NCBI GenBank assembly: GCA_963795085.1
Contig: CAWCFX010000002.1
Location: forward strand, 96,001-160,000
Reading direction: 5' to 3'
From: an uncultured Gemmatimonadales bacterium
GTDB taxonomy: Bacteria > Gemmatimonadota > Gemmatimonadetes > Gemmatimonadales > GWC2-71-9
DNA: 64,000 bases
In this document: in pieces, positions 60,092 to 64,000 of the stretch
Layout: every line of letters begins with the position of its first letter
Position numbering within the stretch: position 1 is the first letter of the stretch
Program-made: the position numbers and the translations under genes
Notes under the pieces: generated by a model
Databases searched by the model: none
Told to the model about the DNA's origin: nothing
The model's input: only the letters and a program-made list of their open reading frames with translations

Positions 60092-61579
60092 ATGCCCTTG
60101 ATGACCACCGTTGTTTCCAGCGCGCCCAGCAAGCATGTCACTCCCCTCCTCGCCGTCCTGGTTCCCCGGGGGGCGATGCCGCCATCCCTGAAGGCGCTGG
60201 ACGAGGCCACCGGCGGCGCGATCGAACGACTCTTCGCTTCCGCCGATTTCAGCGGCAAGAAGGATGAGACCGCGGTGCTTTATCCCGGCGGCACGGCGGC
60301 TCGAATTCTCCTGGTCGGCCTGGGCAAGGGCCCCGAGGTCAGTCGCGCCGCCATTCGCCGCGCCGCGGGGACGGCCGCCCGGCGGGCCCGCGGACTCGGC
60401 GTACCGTCGGCCGCCTTGTACGTGGCGCCGGAAGGGTATGGATCGGTGGCGGCCGGGGACGTGGGCCAGGCTGCCGCGGAAGGCCTGGCACAGGGAACCT
60501 GGCACTTCGCCGACATGAAGCAGCCGCCAGAGGAGCCGAAACCGGCGCTGGAACGGTTCGAGATCCTGGCCGGGGCCGATCAGTCCGAGTTGATGGCGGG
60601 GCAGGCGGTGGGGGAGGCGATCGCGGCGGGACACGTGTACGCGCGCGGCCTCCAGGTGCTGCCACCCAACATCTGTACGCCGGCTTATCTCGGTGAACGG
60701 GCCGCCGAACTGGCCCGGCAGCACGGCTTCACCGCGACCGTGCTGGACCGGGCGGCCATTGAAAAGGAAAAGATGGGTGCGCTCCTCGCCGTCGCGCAGG
60801 GCAGCGCCCAGGAGCCCCGTTTCATCGTACTGGAATACCGGGGGGCCGAAGGCCCGCCGGTCGTCCTGGTGGGGAAGGGGGTGACCTTCGACACGGGGGG
60901 CATCTCGATCAAACCAGCCCAGAGCATGGAGGACATGAAATACGACATGTCCGGCGCGGCTGCCGTCCTGGGCACCTTCGAAATGCTGGGACGTCTCAAG
61001 CCCCGGATTCACGTGGTGGGGCTGGTCCCCTCGGCCGAGAACATGCCATCCGCCAATTCCTACCGCCCGGGGGACGTGGTCCGTACCATGTCGGGCAAGA
61101 CCATCGAAGTCGTCAACACGGACGCCGAGGGGCGGCTCCTGCTCTGCGACGCGCTGACCTTTGCGCAACGATACCAGCCGGCATGTGCGCTGGACATTGC
61201 CACCCTTACCGGCGCTATCGTCATCGCCCTGGGGCACGTCGCGATCGGCGTGATGGGCACCGACCAGCCCCTGGTCGATGCCGTCGTGGCCGCGGGCGAG
61301 CGTGCCGGCGAACGGGCCTGGCCGCTCCCGCTGTGGGACGAATACCGGGATCTCATCAAGTCGGATATCGCCGACGTCAAGAACAGCGGCGGCCGTCCGG
61401 CGGGCAGCATTTCAGCGGGATGGTTCCTCCGGGAATTCGTCGATGGTTTTCCGTGGGCCCACCTGGATATCGCGGGGACGGCCTACACCGAGCGGGACGC
61501 GCCCGACATGGGCAAGGGACCGACGGCCTCGGGGGTGCGGCTCTTCAGCGAATTCCTCCTGGCGCGGGCCGCGCAGTAG
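60092..61579 (+). CDS. pepA: Leucyl aminopeptidase (M17)
   Basis: VGKGVTFDTGG, MKYDMSGAA, NTDAEGRL, WAHLDIAG. Confidence 0.96.
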   Translation: MPLMTTVVSSAPSKHVTPLLAVLVPRGAMPPSLKALDEATGGAIERLFASADFSGKKDETAVLYPGGTAARILLVGLGKGPEVSRAAIRRAAGTAARRARGLGVPSAALYVAPEGYGSVAAGDVGQAAAEGLAQGTWHFADMKQPPEEPKPALERFEILAGADQSELMAGQAVGEAIAAGHVYARGLQVLPPNICTPAYLGERAAELARQHGFTATVLDRAAIEKEKMGALLAVAQGSAQEPRFIVLEYRGAEGPPVVLVGKGVTFDTGGISIKPAQSMEDMKYDMSGAAAVLGTFEMLGRLKPRIHVVGLVPSAENMPSANSYRPGDVVRTMSGKTIEVVNTDAEGRLLLCDALTFAQRYQPACALDIATLTGAIVIALGHVAIGVMGTDQPLVDAVVAAGERAGERAWPLPLWDEYRDLIKSDIADVKNSGGRPAGSISAGWFLREFVDGFPWAHLDIAGTAYTERDAPDMGKGPTASGVRLFSEFLLARAAQ

Positions 61580-61595
61580 GCCCGGCCTGACCGAC

Positions 61596-63431
61596 GTGGC
61601 CTTTCTCCCGCCCGCAGGGATCCTCCGCATCCTCGGCCCCCGTTGCGGGCGGCTGCTCCTGGCCCTGGCCGGGCTGCTGGCGCTTGCGGCGGTGCCGGTG
61701 CGAGCCCAGATCCTGGATACGCTTCCCAGCGATACCCTCCCCTCCGACACGGTTGACCAGACCGCGCGCTTCCTGGAGGCGCAGCAGAACTCACTGATTC
61801 CCATGAGCGTGCTGCCCCACCTCGGGGCGGAGGGCCCCCGGGCTCCGCTCTCGCGCATCGTCCTCACCCGGGATTCCATCGACTGGGCGATCAACCAGTC
61901 GTTGGGCGACCTGCTGATGCGGGTGCCCGGGGTGTTCCTGTGGCGGGGCGGGTGGTTCGGGCGGCCGGAGTATCCCAACTTTCAGGGTCGCGGGGCCACC
62001 TCGGTGGAGTACTACCAGGATGGGTTGCCCCTGCTGCCGCTGGGGCGGGACAGCGTCGCCATCGATCCATCGCTTATTGCCCTCAGTTTTCTCGAGCGGG
62101 TAGAGATCGAGCGCTGGCCGGGCCTTCTCCGAGTTCACCTCTTCACCTGGCGGAACGACCGGCGGGCGGCGCGGTCGCGGGTGGGGCTGGCCTCGGGCGA
62201 CAAGGACATTTCCCGCTACGTCGGCGCCCTCGAGCGCCGTTTCGCCGGGGGGCTGGGGCTGGCGGTCGCCGCCGAGTATTTCGATGCGCCAACCGGCAGC
62301 GCATTCAACAGCGGCCACACCAACACATCCTACTGGCTGCAACTGGAGTACGTGCCGTCCGCCAACTTCGGGGTGCAGGCCCAGACCATCCGGATGTCTC
62401 CCTCCCGGAAAGCGTTCGAGCGCGCGGCGGGCGATACCATTGGCGATTTCCTGCGGGGCGATCGGTCCGACGACCAGGTCCGGCTCTTTTACAGGCGCGG
62501 TGCCGGCGACCGGGGACTTCGCATGGACGCGGTGTATGGCCATTCGCGGTGGCAGGGCAGCGGCGTCAATCAGTCGGTGGACCGGCTCGGCGCCTTTGTC
62601 TCGCTACGGGGGCCCGCCCTGCAACTCGGCGGCTCGGCGGTTTATCAATCCCGGTGGACCACGCTCGATGTCCGGGGCACCGCCGGGTGGACCGGGCTTC
62701 GGGGGATCACCCTGGACGGCGAAGCGGTGTTCCAGCGCCACGAAGGCGACCGGACCAGCCAGTGGCTCGCCGGCCGGGCCGGACTGCAGCTTCCGTTCGG
62801 GGTCGTCGCCGCGGGAGCGGCACGGGCCGGCACGCTGGTCGCGGCGCCCTCCATCCTCTCGGATTCGGGCCAGGGCATCGTGGACCTCTCGGGGCAGTTG
62901 AGCTGGCAACGCCCGTGGGTGGGGCTCGAGGTCGGAATCGCGCAGACCGATGGGTTCCGTCCCCATTCTCCCCAACCCTTCCTCCTGATCGACTCCCTTC
63001 GGCCGGCCGGCACCAGCCGCTGGCTCACGGTCGGCGCCCGGCTCTCGCCCCGGCAGTGGCTGACCATCGAGGGGTGGTACAGCGACCCCCTGGAGGGAAC
63101 GGTGGAAGGTATTCCCCCTACCCATTCCTGGGTGACCGGGACGATTCGCTCCCGGTTCCTCCGGACCTTTCCCAGCGGGATCTTCGATCTCAAGCTGCAG
63201 CTCGGCATGGAGGCCTGGAGTGACGGCGTCATCGGCCGGGACGCCGCCGGCGCCGCCATTTTCCACGGCGGGGCCACCTTCTTCCGGAGCGTGGTCGAAA
63301 TGCGGCTGGGCGGCCTGGTCCTCTTCTGGGACCGGATCAACCTGTCGGGCAACAAGCGGTCCTATGTCCCGGAATACCTGGTCCCCCGTTTCGGCAGTAC
63401 CTTCGGGGCGCGCTGGGAGTTCCTCAACTAA
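61596..63431 (+). CDS. Outer-membrane protein with TonB-receptor-like plug and beta-barrel
   Basis: Signal peptide; SLGDLL.RVPG..DG.P..LERVEIER plug; amphipathic strands; ends WEFLN. Confidence 0.72.
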   Translation: MAFLPPAGILRILGPRCGRLLLALAGLLALAAVPVRAQILDTLPSDTLPSDTVDQTARFLEAQQNSLIPMSVLPHLGAEGPRAPLSRIVLTRDSIDWAINQSLGDLLMRVPGVFLWRGGWFGRPEYPNFQGRGATSVEYYQDGLPLLPLGRDSVAIDPSLIALSFLERVEIERWPGLLRVHLFTWRNDRRAARSRVGLASGDKDISRYVGALERRFAGGLGLAVAAEYFDAPTGSAFNSGHTNTSYWLQLEYVPSANFGVQAQTIRMSPSRKAFERAAGDTIGDFLRGDRSDDQVRLFYRRGAGDRGLRMDAVYGHSRWQGSGVNQSVDRLGAFVSLRGPALQLGGSAVYQSRWTTLDVRGTAGWTGLRGITLDGEAVFQRHEGDRTSQWLAGRAGLQLPFGVVAAGAARAGTLVAAPSILSDSGQGIVDLSGQLSWQRPWVGLEVGIAQTDGFRPHSPQPFLLIDSLRPAGTSRWLTVGARLSPRQWLTIEGWYSDPLEGTVEGIPPTHSWVTGTIRSRFLRTFPSGIFDLKLQLGMEAWSDGVIGRDAAGAAIFHGGATFFRSVVEMRLGGLVLFWDRINLSGNKRSYVPEYLVPRFGSTFGARWEFLN

Positions 63432-63553
63432 CGGCGGTTTCCCCCTCGATTCCTCAGTTCCTTCGACAGTGTCAAATCCCAATCCGGACCCTACCCTAAA
63501 TCCACCCGCCGGGCTAACTTTCGCGGCTGTTTTCCGCCCGTCGGAGGGTCGCA

Positions 63554-64000
63554 TTGCCACATAGCATGACCGGCTTTGGAGCGGCCGAGGGCCCGGTCGC
63601 GGGGGGCAGGCTCCGGGTCGAGATCCGGACTGTCAATCACCGGTACTTCAACCTCTCGCTCAAGGTGCCGCATGAGCTGGGCAGCTTCGAGGGCGAAGTG
63701 CGGGAACTGCTGCGAAAGGAGTTCGAGCGGGGCCACGTGTCGGTTTCCGGCCGCTGGGTGGAATACCCGGAGGCTTCCGCCACGACGGTGCTCAACCTGG
63801 AGCGGGCCCAGGCGGTGGTGAACCGGCTCCGTGAACTCCAGGCGGCGCTGGAGCTTCCCGGGCAGGTGGACCTGCCCATGGTGGCCCGCCACCCGGAGGT
63901 CTTTGGGAACCAGCAGGAAGAATCGCCTTTGCTGGCATGGGGCGAGGTCCAGGCGGTGCTCGCGGGGGCCGTGGCCGCCTGCCAGGCGATGCGGCAGCGG
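63554..64000 (+). CDS. yicC: YicC/YloC family endoribonuclease (3' end lies outside the window)
   Basis: Not in the ORF track; GGAGGG RBS then TTG, translating as MPHSMTGFG...EIRTVNHRY. Confidence 0.9.
   Translation, partial: MPHSMTGFGAAEGPVAGGRLRVEIRTVNHRYFNLSLKVPHELGSFEGEVRELLRKEFERGHVSVSGRWVEYPEASATTVLNLERAQAVVNRLRELQAALELPGQVDLPMVARHPEVFGNQQEESPLLAWGEVQAVLAGAVAACQAMRQR

Noticed and set aside
63432..63510. Degenerate pyrimidine-rich short repeats before yicC
   Set aside because: Too degenerate to define a repeat unit or link to the GGAATTG family

Overview
High-GC bacterial chromosomal segment. The gene content and many Hanks-type kinases suggest Gemmatimonadota, but that is inference only. 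Signalling: four Ser/Thr kinases, a CheB-CheR-PAS-histidine kinase fusion with two response regulators, and a TPR-HD-GYP/TPR pair. Housekeeping: rng-rplU-rpmA, tRNA-Leu(CAA), pepA, yicC. Also several peptidases, a TonB-dependent receptor coupled to a nitroreductase-like gene, a TetR-controlled aromatic-CoA catabolic operon built on a short BoxB-like diiron oxygenase, and an ECF sigma/anti-sigma/Spy-nfeD-floA cluster. The best candidate for an undescribed system is 33170-42524: a calcineurin-like phosphoesterase with three G-x-D-I-S repeats, translationally coupled to a trypsin protease-TM-TolB-like-TPR receptor, followed by a GMC oxidase/Cys-hydrolase fusion and a Zn-ribbon kinase. Also notable is a palindromic GGAATTG/CAATTCC tandem-repeat family at two loci, one MITE-like with TA-flanked terminal inverted repeats. 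No CRISPR array, integrase or transposase was seen. All family calls come from motif recognition by eye; no database searches were run.
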